Origin: the human T2T-CHM13v2.0 reference genome, Homo sapiens
Strand: one strand, 5' to 3'
Length of the DNA stretch: 64,000 nt
NCBI RefSeq assembly: GCF_009914755.1
Contig: NC_060935.1
The stretch's first letter is position 1. Every line of letters starts with the position of its first letter. The notes below the pieces were generated by a model, which made no database searches, was not told the origin of the DNA, and was given only the letters and a program-made list of their open reading frames with translations. A program made the translations under genes and the position numbers. Positions 31,008 through 47,858 of the stretch are shown here, piece after piece.

Positions 31008-31083
31008 CTTGCAATCCACTTTTATCCAAAAAATTGCTTAAGTTAAACAACGTGTTTCTTGAAGCCAAATACTGAATAAAACG
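31008..31083 (-). CDS. PICALM: PICALM exon 3 (76 nt): RFIQYLASRNTLFNLSNFLDKSGLQ(G)
   Basis: tttccag|CGTTTT...TTGCAAG|gtaaag. Confidence 0.97.
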
Positions 31084-32216
31084 CTGGAAAAAAAAAATTA
31101 CATCATATTAAGGTACTGCCATCTCACCAACTCTAATTCGAAAATTAGGAGGAAAAGTTATGGTTAACACATTCTGTTAAGCTTATCTAGTTTAAATTTC
31201 TCATCCTCACTCTTTCCATTAACTAGTTACCAAACCTAAAAACATAATACATATTTTTCACTAGCATGCGAGAATTTATTAAAGCCTAATGCCCACAGAT
31301 ATAGTATTAAGTCAAAACAATAAAAGCAAATAGGCAGTGGAAGCAGTAGTTTTGGTTTTATTACAGCATACTAAAACTATAGCTAATCATTTTTAGGTGG
31401 CATCTGTATTTTAAACAGCCGTCTGGTAAACCAAAGTTTTGGCTTTAAAAAAAAAATACTTCTAAACATACAAGAAAGCAATAGAGATCCTCTTACCCAC
31501 TGTCCAGATTAAACAAATTCACATGTTCACTTCACATCTTATATAGAATCAAAACATTATAGCCTCCATTGAAGAACCACACCTTCAATCTCCCTTCCCT
31601 CCCTCTTCAGAGGTGAGTACTTTTCTGAAACAGGTATACGTTACTTTCACACAGGTTTTCACCATTTTACTAGACATACAAGTATCTATAAACTATCCAA
31701 GTGTTTTCTATTTGAAATTTACACAAGTATCATAGTGTACTTACTCTTTGCAATGTGTTTTAACTCAACTTTTCCCTAAGAATTGTCCCACTTAACATTT
31801 CATCTTAAATGATGTTCTAATATTCTAATGAATACATCATCATAAATCCATTTATTTATTATGGATATACTTTGTAATTTTCGCTATTATTAACAAAGTT
31901 GTATTGACATATTTCTTCATGGTCTCCATGCATAAGTATATGAGTATATGAGTTTTTCAGGATATATACCTAGGGATGAATTATTAGGCCAGCACATATG
32001 TAAAAGCTCATCTTCTCAATATTGCCAAAATGGTCTCTGAAGTGCTTACCATAGTACATAACCTTAGTCTCCTTCACATACAGCCTCTAAATAGCTAAAG
32101 AAATGCCTTTCAACTTCGCTTCTTAGGATTACTTTACTTTCTTCTTCATTTTTTTTTTAATGCATGTAGAGGCTAATAATCAACTAGGATGTACACCATC
32201 ACCTCTGAAATCAGTA

Positions 32217-32536
32217 TTTTTTTTTTTTTTTGAGACAGGGTCTCGCTCTGTCATCCAGGCTGGAGTACAGTGGTGTGATCACAGCTTTCCACCCTCCTGC
32301 TCTCAAGCAATCCTCCCATCTCAGTATGAAGCACCACCCACCATCCACCCCTCACCCTCGCCCCCAAGTAGCTGGGACTACAGGCATGTCCAGCTCACAT
32401 TTTTAAAAAAATTTTTTGTAGAGACAACATCTTACTACATTGCCTAGGCTGGTCTGGAACTCTTGGGCTCAAGCAATCCTCCCGCCTTGGCCCCCCAAAC
32501 TCTCAGGATTATAGGTATGAGAAACTGCGCCCGGCC
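32217..32536 (-). mobile_element. Alu (J-like) with an internal C-rich insertion
   Basis: Alu ends intact; non-Alu ~40 nt near 32325-32365. Confidence 0.85.
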
Positions 32537-33467
32537 TCCAAATTAGACTTGTACAACTGAGATCACCCCAAACTAACAAACCAGGATTTTGAAAATCAAT
32601 GTGTAAACTGAAGACTCATATTTCACAATTATCCTAAAATAGTGTTTCAAAAAGTTATAAAAATATCGTAAGACAATATTAGACTATGATTTTAATAGAT
32701 TTTGATAAGACTCTTCTTTACCTCTGCATTCTAAATTAATGTAAATAATTTCGTCTACCAGGCCATTTCATTCATGATTTTAGAGATAATAAATCTAAAT
32801 TTTCCTTTTCATTTTATTAGTCCTTTCTACGTTCATTATATTTAGCTGCAAAGACATATATGGCTTTAATCAAGTTTTGATTTTGTTTTCAACAGCATCC
32901 TAATGATATTCAAAATGGTATTAAATTGAGCACCATGCCAACACTCTGGCAAGTAATAAGGCTTCACAGGTTCCCATTTTGGGTCATAAGCGGTAACCTG
33001 AAATGGATTATCCTAAACCTTCATTTAAAGAATGGCAATGTGGAAGGTGGGTGATTAGGTACATAAGCATTTGTTATGCCATTCACTCTACTATTGTGTA
33101 TATTAGAAACTTTTCATAACAAAATATTTAAAGAACATATTTCAGATTATTTTACCCAAAATGGTATTAAATACTTTATAATAAATCCATGCTTGGTACT
33201 TCTCTTTTCTAATTTCATCTACAAATTTTTAACTCTACATTTTCATGTATTAATCATCTATAACTTGTCATACTATAGTAAGAGCCTTGGTCAATTCTAT
33301 TTACCATGAAGGTACTATCATATTATTGAGGAAGCTCCAGAAGTGACTTACCCAAGTCACCCAGTTGGTAAGTGAACAACAGTATAAAAGTACCTACCTG
33401 CCTCATGTTAAGGGTCTATAACACAATGCTCACTCAGCCTTACCTTTTGAGATTTTTCTCTGTGGCC

Positions 33468-33996
33468 AGGTTTCTCAACCTGAGTACTCTGACACTGAAT
33501 CAGGTAATTCTCTGTTGTTGGAGACTGCTCTGTGCATTACTGTTTTTAATTTTCTTTTTTTTTTTTTTTGAGATGGAGTCTCTTGCTTTGTTGCCCAGGC
33601 TGGCATGCAAAGGTGTCATCTCGCTCACTGCAACCTCCGCTTCCCAGGTTTAAGCGATTCTCCTGCCTCAGCCTCCTGAGTAGCTGGGATTACATATGTG
33701 CACCACCACGCTTGGCTAATTTTTGTATTTTTTACTAGAGACGGGGTTTCACCATGTTGGTCACACTGGTCTCGAACTTGCGACCTCAGGTGATCCACCC
33801 ACCTTGGCCTCCCAAATTGCTGGGATTACAGGTGTGAGCTACCTCACCCAGCCTGTTCTGTGCATTATTGTAAGATGTTTTGAAGCAGCCCTGGCCTTTA
33901 CCTACTATATACCAGCAGCATCCCCTTCAGTTGTGACAAATGTCCCCTAAGGGAAAAAAAAAATCATCCCCCTTCCCCACTCAGTTTTGAGAATCA
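33468..33996 (+). mobile_element. MER20-like hAT element interrupted by an Alu (33550-33854, minus strand)
   Basis: ggtttctcaacctgagtact...cttcagttgtgacaa...ttgagaatcac; TSD-like tctgtgcatta flanks the Alu. Confidence 0.8.
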
Positions 33997-35547
33997 CCGC
34001 TCCATGGTATTCCAATCACCACAGTATAGTGAAATCCTATGTACAGCCTCTAACAAATTAATGGCACCTGCCAATGGGAACGTCTGAAGGTTGTACAAAC
34101 TAGCATAAAAACCTGAAGGTTGTACAAACCAGCATAAAAAATGAACAGAGCATGGAATTTGCTTTAACTGCCTACAGGAAGCTAAACATGAGTTTATCAA
34201 AAAACACACTATCAAAAAAACACACTAAAATGCTATCTTTCTCCCCTTGTCAGTCAATCTACAAAATGACTGTCAACTTTCTGTTTTGTCTTTATTAACA
34301 TTTTGCCTCTAGTACTATCAATTACCTTATTTACAGCCTCTGAAAGCCATTATTGATACTTTGTTTATCTGGCAGTGTAGCTGGTTATATTTGTGGCTTT
34401 TTCTTTTTAAAAAATAAACTACATCAAATAAATAAAGAAGAAGAAGAAAAGTACATACACGCTTGGAATTCTTCAGAATAATCATAATCTTAACTAAACA
34501 TATTCTTGCTAAAAGTAAAAACTATTATCCTAGTTAAGATGTTTCAAGTTACATTTAAGCTAATACAGCCAAACATTTCTATTAGCTCTATCAACTGGTT
34601 ATAATGAATTAGAAAGCAACTAACATAAGTCCTAAAAATGGTCATGTCTGTTGACTTAGTAATCACATTTCAGGTAACACTTAGGGGAAATCATTTTTAA
34701 AAATTAAAAACTACAAATAAAATCACTCAATGTGGTGGTATAACGATGAATCAGAAAACTCAATTTCTAGCAAGGAAAATAGTTTAAAAATTGTGAACTA
34801 TATGATCAATTACATAGTTACTAAAGATGATAAAAAAATACAACATGGCAATGCTGATAGTGTAATATTATATAAAAAGCTAAGTATATTTTATCTACAT
34901 TATGATTATAGCCATTTAAAAAATACAAATACTTTTGGACAAGAACTAGAGGGAAGACCAAAATGTGCCAAAAGTAAGATGTGCTGGAACAATAAAGTTG
35001 TGGGTAAATTCTTGCTTTAATTTTGAACTTTAATAATGCTATATTGGTAGTTGTCAAAAAATAGTTTCAATACTGAAAAGCCCAAAATAACACACAACGT
35101 GATGGATGTCAACAAGTCATTACGCTCAGAAAACTAATACCAATGACTAAAGTTCTTTCTCATCTCTAGAAGGTTATCTTCCCGGGCTGCATTTTTCTAA
35201 GGCACATACCGAAGAAGATTTATCTAGTTCTACTCAGATGTTCTTGAAAAGCTCCTGTTAATACAATTTTACAAATAAGTTTATTGAGCTGAGAAAATGA
35301 ACCAAAAAATTAGCTGCTAGGCTATCACGGAAAGTAAGATGATTCTCTCAAAACAGATTTTCAAAAGCGTATATATCTTATTTGTTACCCTTTTAGGCAA
35401 CAAAGGCTTCAGACACACCTCTCTGCTGAAGAAGGCACACTTCAATCAGTCCCTCTCAGCAAATGCCATCTTAGTCCTAAATATCACAGCTTTGAAGTAG
35501 GCAAAGTGCTTCCATAAACAACTATATGAGATCAGACAAGAATCTAA

Positions 35548-35901
<354 letters not shown>

Positions 35902-36182
35902 CTATAAACAGGACCAGCAAAAACCAGGGATGCTTATGGAACCCATTTCTAGGCATTAATCTTTGCTTCTTGATCCATTATTGATGTCCTCTGTGCTCTA
36001 ACCCACTTTTTGCTTTCTGGCTTACAAGCTATCTTTCCTCAAATTACAGGGTCTATAATTATATTTCTGGCTAGGCACCTTGACCTTTGTACCTGGGAGC
36101 TGTTTCTGAAGTTTCAGTGAGAGAAGCTAGCTAACAATAAGTCAACACATCAGTATACTTGTTCAATAAAAATTCTGCTTAC

Positions 36183-36325
36183 CTCATTTCCATACACCAT
36201 CAAATGATGAGTTGTAATGAGAGATTTGAAGACCACCACCCAACTACTATTAGTAGTTCTTTCAAATAAACTGTCTGCCAACTGTGGGATGTTCACATTC
36301 ATCTCATTTGTGCACTGAATTAAGT
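36183..36325 (-). CDS. PICALM: PICALM exon 2 (143 nt): (Y)LIQCTNEMNVNIPQLADSLFERTTNSSWVVVFKSLITTHHLMVYGNE, ANTH domain
   Basis: ttattgcag|ACTTAATT...GGAAATGAG|gtaagc; manual translation. Confidence 0.97.
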
Positions 36326-37052
36326 CTGCAATAAAAAATTTTTAAATGATTAATTTCCTCTGTGGTTTTAATTTATTGTTAATACCAGATCTGCATACAA
36401 ACAGGCAAAAGATTTAACACAAAGTGGAGCAGTAATAGTTTGGAGATGTTGTTAAAAATCTCTCAATTAGAGCAATTGAGACTACCATAATCTACCTAAG
36501 AAGCAGGGTACCAATTAGAATCACATAAATGATCAACAATACCAAAAAATAAATCAAACTCCCTCAGGGTATAATTCTCTCTCAAGTACTTTGGTCATCT
36601 CAAAATGAATTGTTTCAAGGTTTTGAGGAACCTTCTATTTCCTTACTACTTAAAAACCTTCCATTAAAATACTGGTATTATTCATCTCTTTAAAATTAAC
36701 TTTAACATTTTTCTTTAAATAAAGCTTATTTAAAGAAATCATCCATACAGAAGAATGAACAAAATGAAGATCAAACTATCTTTATGAACATCCACCCTAG
36801 AATGCTGTCTTTGCAACAGGAAGATAACAGGGCAGAGATCTGGTCTGTAATTGAGTTGGATCTGTTTGTTCATACAAAAGATTTATACTCCTTCTCTCCC
36901 CTCTGTTCTACTGAATTAGCTCAGATCAGTTGATAACTAGGTAATACTGAGAACAAAACTGGAAAAAAAGATTCTCAATAAAACTTAAGAAGAGTAACCT
37001 ACAATCTGTTTAAGAGATATTATTCGTAAACTCAATGAAGAAAATGTAAAAT

Positions 37053-37449
<397 letters not shown>

Positions 37450-37932
37450 CTATACTACAATAAAGGGAAAAAAGTTATTCATGACATTAATTTGTTCACT
37501 TTTAATCTTCAGTGTGTAATGATTAAATATGAATTCAAATGATCTAACTTGGCCTTGATTGCTAGCAAGAAATGACAATGTAACTACCAACATTTACTTA
37601 AAATTTTTCCTTTAATAGGTCCAATTATTATATAAGTTAATATCTGATAAACACATGCATTTTAGATAAGCAGCTACGGTGGCCAATACTGCTTAAAGAA
37701 CAAAGAACAAAACAGAGTGCCCATGGAACAACAGAATGACACAAAGCTTTCACAATTCAGACTATTTGCAACAAAAATGAAACAGTAAATCCAACTTGGA
37801 TATGCATGCTTCAACTTCTGAGAGTAAAAAATGGAATTTAATCTCTGCCTTCTCTAGATCTTCATAGCACTTTATAACTGGCCTATGGCACTGAACATAT
37901 TACACTAGACTTCAGTTTCAACGACAGTACTT

Positions 37933-38065
37933 TATACACACAAACACACACACAATTTAATACTATATAGTGCATGGTGCATGGTGTGTGTGTGTATATA
38001 TATATACTGTACTATGTATGTTATAAAACATATGTGTATGTATATGTACATATATCCATACTATA
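37933..38065. repeat. (CA)n/(TG)n/(TA)n low-complexity tract
   Basis: Alternating purine-pyrimidine runs. Confidence 0.8.
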
Positions 38066-38069
38066 TTCC

Positions 38070-38500
38070 CTTTGTGATCTGTTCTTCCCCCCACTGCATC
38101 ACTGCCATCTTCTTTGCAATGCCTCCCATATGCCAAGCACTCTTATCTCAGGTGTTTGGTACTGTTGTTCCTCCTGCCTAGAATTCTCTTCTGCTAGATA
38201 CCTATGCTGCTTGCTCCCTTCGCTTCCTTCCCATAGCTATTTGCTAAAGTGTCACCATATTAGATAAACTTCCCTGAATATTTACGCAAAATAACAAAGC
38301 CTTGGGCATTCCCCTACCTCTAAACCCTCATTATCCCCCTTACTCTGCTTATTTCTCTCCAAAGCATTTATTGCCACTGAACTCATCTTAATTTGTTTAA
38401 TGTCTTTCTCTCTCAATTAAAATGTTTTTAAGTTCCATGTGGGCAGGGCTTTTTTGTTCTCAACTCTATCCCCAAAGACCTAGAATAATGCCTCAAACAT
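38070..38500. mobile_element. L2 3' fragment
   Basis: gttcctcctgcctagaattctctt...aagttccatgtgggcaggg...cctagaataatgcct. Confidence 0.7.
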
Positions 38501-40375
38501 AAAGATCAGTCATATTTTTTAAGACACATTCATTTTGGTATGCATATGGGTATTCTTAACATGACATTTTTTCAAAAGCATCCAAGATTGTGTCCTTACA
38601 TTAAGTTAAATCAACATCTTACAACTATCTGTACAACCTGCTATTCCCAAGAGGTTGAAAAACAAAGCCGAGCCCAATACATGTGCAAATTTTCAAATTT
38701 CAAATTAAAAGGGGATCTAACAAATAAAGGTTTTTACTATAATGCTTATTAAAAACTATAGTATGCTTTTAGTACTGATCACAGAAAAACTGGAGTTATT
38801 TTGAAGGATAACTCCAGAAGCTAAAAAAAATTCTTCACACATAATAAAACAGGAAAAATTAAGTAAGAATTCACACTGAGATTATGAATCCAGAATAGAC
38901 CAAATGTAAAACCAAGTTATACAAATATGACAGGTGGGGTGGGGAGGATATTGAATAAAATTAGCAGTCTATACCTCCCATAGTATTTAACTCAGCCAGT
39001 CATTTTCTCCATACAGTAATTTTTTATCTGTACAATGTTTCTCATTTAATAGTACCCTGAAAATGCTTCCAAGTTTGAGCTCCAAGTCAGGAAGGAAAAT
39101 ATTCTTCCCACCTGTGACTAACCAAAAGTAAACTGTTCCAAACAAAAGTAACACTTATCGGGGACTCTCAATAGTTAACTGCTTTTCCCACTCTCAATCC
39201 AGAAGATACTATTTCTTAAAAAGCAAAAACTGTAACGATTTCCCTTGCCAACCAATAAGTTACCAAAATGAGGACAGATCTTATATTTTCTTTTCATTAT
39301 TTATCTCAATAACATAAAAACTGAAGTACCTTCTTGAATATTCATTATTAACAATTTCTGAATCCCACACACACTAAAAAAAAAACAAGTACCACATGGC
39401 ACGTAGGTTCTCTGCTTTAGGTATGAGTGAGAATTTACAAAGATTTCCAATATTTAAGGGGATGAAGACAATAGGCCTAAAAATAAGCCTACCATAGAAA
39501 TGACAATCACTTTTCCATGTAGAGAAAGCAGAAGGAACCAATACCCACCATACAAACACAAATGCTCTTTTATTATTTCATATGCTCTTTCAACAAACAA
39601 TGACTGAGGTAGATAAAGCTGATGTTAACTGTATTTACACAGGCAAGGTCACAGGAGCTAAGTGACAGATTAATGACTAGAATTAAATTTTTGCAAAGGA
39701 TAAGGATCCATTAAAACATACAGCAAGTAAATGCTCAACTAGCCAATTTAATACACGTTCTCGACTGAAAACTAATTAAAAACAAAAACAATAGAAAAAC
39801 AGTGAAATGCAAAACAGTATTTTTGTATTCTGAGGAAGTCTTTTTTTTTTTTAACAAAGTACAAAAAATTTAGAACTAAGCAGTTACCAAATGGTTTCAT
39901 TAATCTTACAGTCATATTCCTAGTGTAGGCCTTTACAAACTCTCCCACCAGGCAGAGTTCACCAACTTCAGCCTATATAGATTTCCCCAGGCAGAGTTCA
40001 TCAACTTTAGAAACTTAAATTAGGACACTCAGGGTTCACTTCTACAGCAAGTCAGGCAACCCAGCCAGTGGCCTGTGCCATCAGAATGCAGAGTTCTCAA
40101 GTTCCCATCTAAACAGCAACTCACTAGGCTACATCAAAACCACACTGATACCCGAATAAGATTTTCTAAAAAAGAAGCCTGGCCTAAACCAGTATTTGTT
40201 TGTTTGTTTTTAAATCAACATACCACAATCACTTAGCCAAACACAGTAATACATATAAAATTTAGTAATCCCTTTCAAAAAGGTCATTTTGAACGAGAAC
40301 TTCTTTTTTACACCTGCCCTCATAAATTTACAACCTAAAATTGATTTATTCAGTCATCTAGAAAACTGGAGATAC

Positions 40376-40706
<331 letters not shown>

Positions 40707-41534
40707 TTAATATGGAAGGCAAGGCAAATTAACTGGTTAATCAAATTTTGCTTCACTTATCAAATCTTTGTAATTTTTCCTTGGTGGGAGTAGAAACAAA
40801 AAGCATATTCATCAAAAAATAGTAAACAGAGGATAAGGAACTTTTATATGAAGTATCAGCAAAATTTTTTTCATATAGCAAAATTGTTTTAAGTATTTCA
40901 AAACTATGCAAGTTGAAATTAGACATAGGCTAATCAAAGTTAAACACAGGCAAATTTGCCTAGTCGTAAGTGTCAATGTCCAGGAAATGAAATGAACAGT
41001 CTTATTTCTTACTCCAATGATTTGTCAAAGGGATCATAAAATATGGTCCAAATTAAGATGTAACTGTTAAAATTTTATCTGTAAAGTTCATGGGGTCTTC
41101 TGTGAGAAACACAATGTTTTATTTTTATATAACTTCCAGTAGAATTAACTCAAAACTATGCTCTTCACAGGCTGACTTACACCTTAAGAAATCTAACCAA
41201 CATAATTGGACTTTAATAACTGGGGAAATACTCTTAAAGACAGAATATGGAACGCTGAGTACAATGACAAAGATTGACAAAAATAATCAGATGGCTTTTA
41301 GAACAATACTAATGAAGCTAAGGGACCTAATTCATAATTTAAGTGGACATATCCAAGAGTGAAGAGTTAATCAAATGACACTACAGTCTGACTATGAAAT
41401 ACTATGAGGCCAACGAATGCATGGCACAAAAAATAAAAGCTGTCAGGAGAAAATGTTCACCACATATTAAGTCAAAAGTTATAGTAAAGAAAAATACACA
41501 GTACAATTCCATTTTTTAAAACTGTATGTGTGAG

Positions 41535-42433
<899 letters not shown>

Positions 42434-42762
42434 GTTATGTATGTGTAATATTTTTTTGTATATATTGTATTTGCCCAAATACAAGGTGATGCATACACAA
42501 TCGAACACTTCCAAAATGACTTAGCAACTATGTCATATATGAAGTTAGAGAAAAATAATTTATAAAGGAACTATAACACTGTTACTTCCATAAACTAATC
42601 TCAGTACCTCTCATGTCACATAGCACACACCAGTTCTGTACTGTAATTTATTCCACACCCTTTAGAACGTTATCATGATCAAGAGCAGAAAGGAGAGCCA
42701 TGACACATTCTTTATCTCCTCAAGGATGTGAGGAAGAGGTGGTACAAGAATAAGAGTGGCTG

Positions 42763-44771
<2,009 letters not shown>

Positions 44772-45094
44772 TTATGTTGCAGATGCAGAGATCAGAAATA
44801 TAGAAATATACATGAGGAACGAAAGAAACAAACTGTCTTAGTGTTATAAGAATGGATGGTGATAGTCTGTGAAAAAATTTCTAATGTAAATTAGAAAGAT
44901 CTTACACAAAAGGAAAGATGTTATATAACTTTAAAAAAGGGGCTGTGGATGACCAAAAAAACACAAAATATCCAATATATACATGAATGTAAAATGAGTC
45001 AAATGTCATGTGGTGAGGTATGTATGAGTGGCGAAAAGAAACTACTATTTTAAAATCACAGATTACTTCTCTTTCTAATAACTTTTTAAAATTT

Positions 45095-45233
45095 TATTGA
45101 TTTATTTTTATAGAGACGAGGTCTCCCCCTCTGTTGCCCAGGCTAGTCTGGAACTCCTGGGCTCAAGGGATCCTTCTCCTCGGCCTCCCAAAGTGCTGGG
45201 ATTACTACAGATGTGAGCCACCGCACTCAGCCA
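45095..45233 (-). mobile_element. FLAM/free left Alu monomer
   Basis: Single arm; TSD cagattactt. Confidence 0.85.
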
Positions 45234-46799
45234 GATTACTTTTTATAGTAATCTTTCATATGTATTCTAACTAGTGAGTTTCAATATTATGAGGCTGACT
45301 GCTTCATCTATATCCCTAACATTTACATATTTAAATAGGTTAAATAAATAAAACTTGAGGGGCTGTCAATGTCTCTGGGAAAATGCAGGCTTGCTTTATA
45401 TTTGGGGTTACCTTACATTCAGGTACAAACAGTATAGGTGTATATATGTTTAAGTGTGTGTATATATTCCAAAATGCTTTAAGTGAGACACAGGATGAAG
45501 CCACACACTTTCAGAGCTATCCCTTTTGCTGGAAATGACCAGGATGCAATTCAAATAAACAATGGATTCGCCTAAGTATATGCCAAATACTTAGATATAC
45601 AAAGCTGAGAAGATGCAAAATTTCTCCCCTACTAAACTGAGGTCTTTGGGGGTAAAGATACAGCCTCACAATACATTATGGTGATTGTAATCTGTATGTA
45701 TAGGATTCAGAGATGGCAAAAAGACCAGGCAATTGTTTTGGAGGGGAAAGCAAATTTTCCCTGGTTTCAATTTCATACTCTCTTAACTCATCATACAATA
45801 GTTACAGCACTTTTCACACTTCATTACAATTACTAGCTCATATATCAGTCTCTCCTATGAGAGAGCTCACTAAAGGCAGTCCATGACTTCTTCATCCTCA
45901 AATTGCCAGCACCTAGCAGGATACACCTTAAATATTTATTAAATTAATACTAGTAAATGAAATGTAACTTAGAAGACATCTGTAGAAAGCAACAATATTC
46001 TATTTAGTCTAAGCTTCAGTGCAGCAAATTTGGAAAAAAATATATTAGCAATCTAGAGAGCAGCATAATTGCTTTTTCAAGTTTATACCACCCCATATTC
46101 CTCCTCCTGCCACTATACTGATATTATGAACTACCTCAATAAAAAGCCTCTACTTCAAGAACGGAACACAGAAGAGATTTTTTAAAAGGCATTTTCCTGG
46201 CAGAGAAAGGACTGACATCCTTTTTATTTGTGGCAGAGGAAAGATGAGGAACTGAAAAGGGAATATGTAGAGAAGAAAGAATTCAGATAGAACTGGGTAC
46301 ACAAAGCAAACTCCTAAGATACTATATATTAATATATGTCTGAAATTTAGCCTCTTAAGTCATGGCTGAACCCAAGCCAAATTTACCGAACTGTTCAAAC
46401 TTTAATTTTAAAAGTGCAAACTAAATTGTTTTAAATGAAGTCATTATGTAATTGCTCTAAAATTTTAATCAACACTGAAAACACATTTTTCAGATCAGTC
46501 TAATCTACTGTCTCTTAAAATTATCTTTCATTTGTCTCTTTACCCACTAATGTCATAAATACAAAAACTCTTAGAACAAAAGTGGAAAGTTTAAGTCATG
46601 AAAATGCTCTATAGAAAAACATATACTCTTGGAATACTCTGACTTCACTGCCACTGACTTGTATTTTCAAATGAAAGAGTTGTTCCTCCCCCCTCCTCTG
46701 ATTATCAAAATGTTTTAAATTACTACGTAAGCCTTCTTAATATAAGAAAGTGTAAACCTAGAGCTTTCCGTTGGCATTCTGGTAAACTCTGCATTCCTA

Positions 46800-46813
46800 C
46801 CACTAGATGGCAG
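46800..46813 (+). promoter_or_regulatory. Candidate CTCF core motif
   Basis: CCACTAGATGGCAG fits CCASYAGRKGGCRS at every position. Confidence 0.55.
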
Positions 46814-47723
46814 ACTGTACAGAGGAACAACAGGACCCTGGCAAGAACACAGATGCATTCAGGCTCATCTGTAAACCACATTCTTAAATCTGAGATTGTT
46901 TAGGATTCCATTCTAGTACTCTAAAGTGGTGATTTTCAAACCTAGATACCTTAGGCCCATCCTAGATTCCAAATAAGGATTACTGTAAGGGATGAGGAAA
47001 ATCATATTTTGGTAAGCACCATCTCAAAGATTTATTACTTCTATGTCAATTTTAAATTTATCAGAAATACAAGACAATAAAAAGCTACTTAATGGAATAA
47101 AAACTCATCACTTAATATAAGAATTAAAAATTTTATTTAAACAATAAGAAAACAAACTGAAAGTATTTCAGTGCTCCAACATGAAAAAATAACATATTCA
47201 TGGTATAAATTACATTCTCTTCTTTGAAGATCTTAAATTTCACAATGACAACCCCACCTATAGGAAAGAAAACATATTAAGTATCAAGTAATTTAAGAAC
47301 AAATGCCAAAATTACAAACACTTTTTTGTATTACATGCTAAGAACTTACTAACTGTTCGTTAGCCCAGTTAAATATCATCAGGACTCTCAAAAAAAAAAA
47401 AAAAAATCTAGTACTGGATCAGAAAAATACAGAAACCTCATTTCCTAAGCAAAATGAAAGTCAACTAACAATACATTGAGAATACTACTTACCTCCACCA
47501 ATGCTGTGAACCCAAGCAGGGTCCAGAGTGGGGGCAGAAAAATTCTCCTTTCTTTCCAACAAGACAGGGAAAAAGAAACCAACAACTGAGAGGCTCTGCA
47601 AGTGCAGATCAGAGTACTATAAAGGAAAAAACATTTATGGTATAATATCTATAATTATTTATAGATAATTCTGGAGAGGTTAAAGGAATTGGGACTAAGT
47701 CTGGAGAAAAGTACGTTATTAGT

Positions 47724-47858
47724 TAGGAATGACCAACCGTCCTGGTTTTGCTGGAACAGTCCTGGTTCACACCTGTTGTCCAGGGTCCCATTCAGATAGC
47801 ACACCCTTTCACTCTTAAAAGTGACCCAAGTTTGGATGACATATTACACATCACCTTA
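47724..47858. mobile_element. MER96-like hAT MITE
   Basis: tagg..tgaccaaccgtcctggtt...tcaccttag terminal inverted ends. Confidence 0.6.

Noticed and set aside
46790-46799. CTCF upstream (zinc finger 9-11) motif-like tgcattcc
   Set aside because: Too close to the core compared with the canonical spacing
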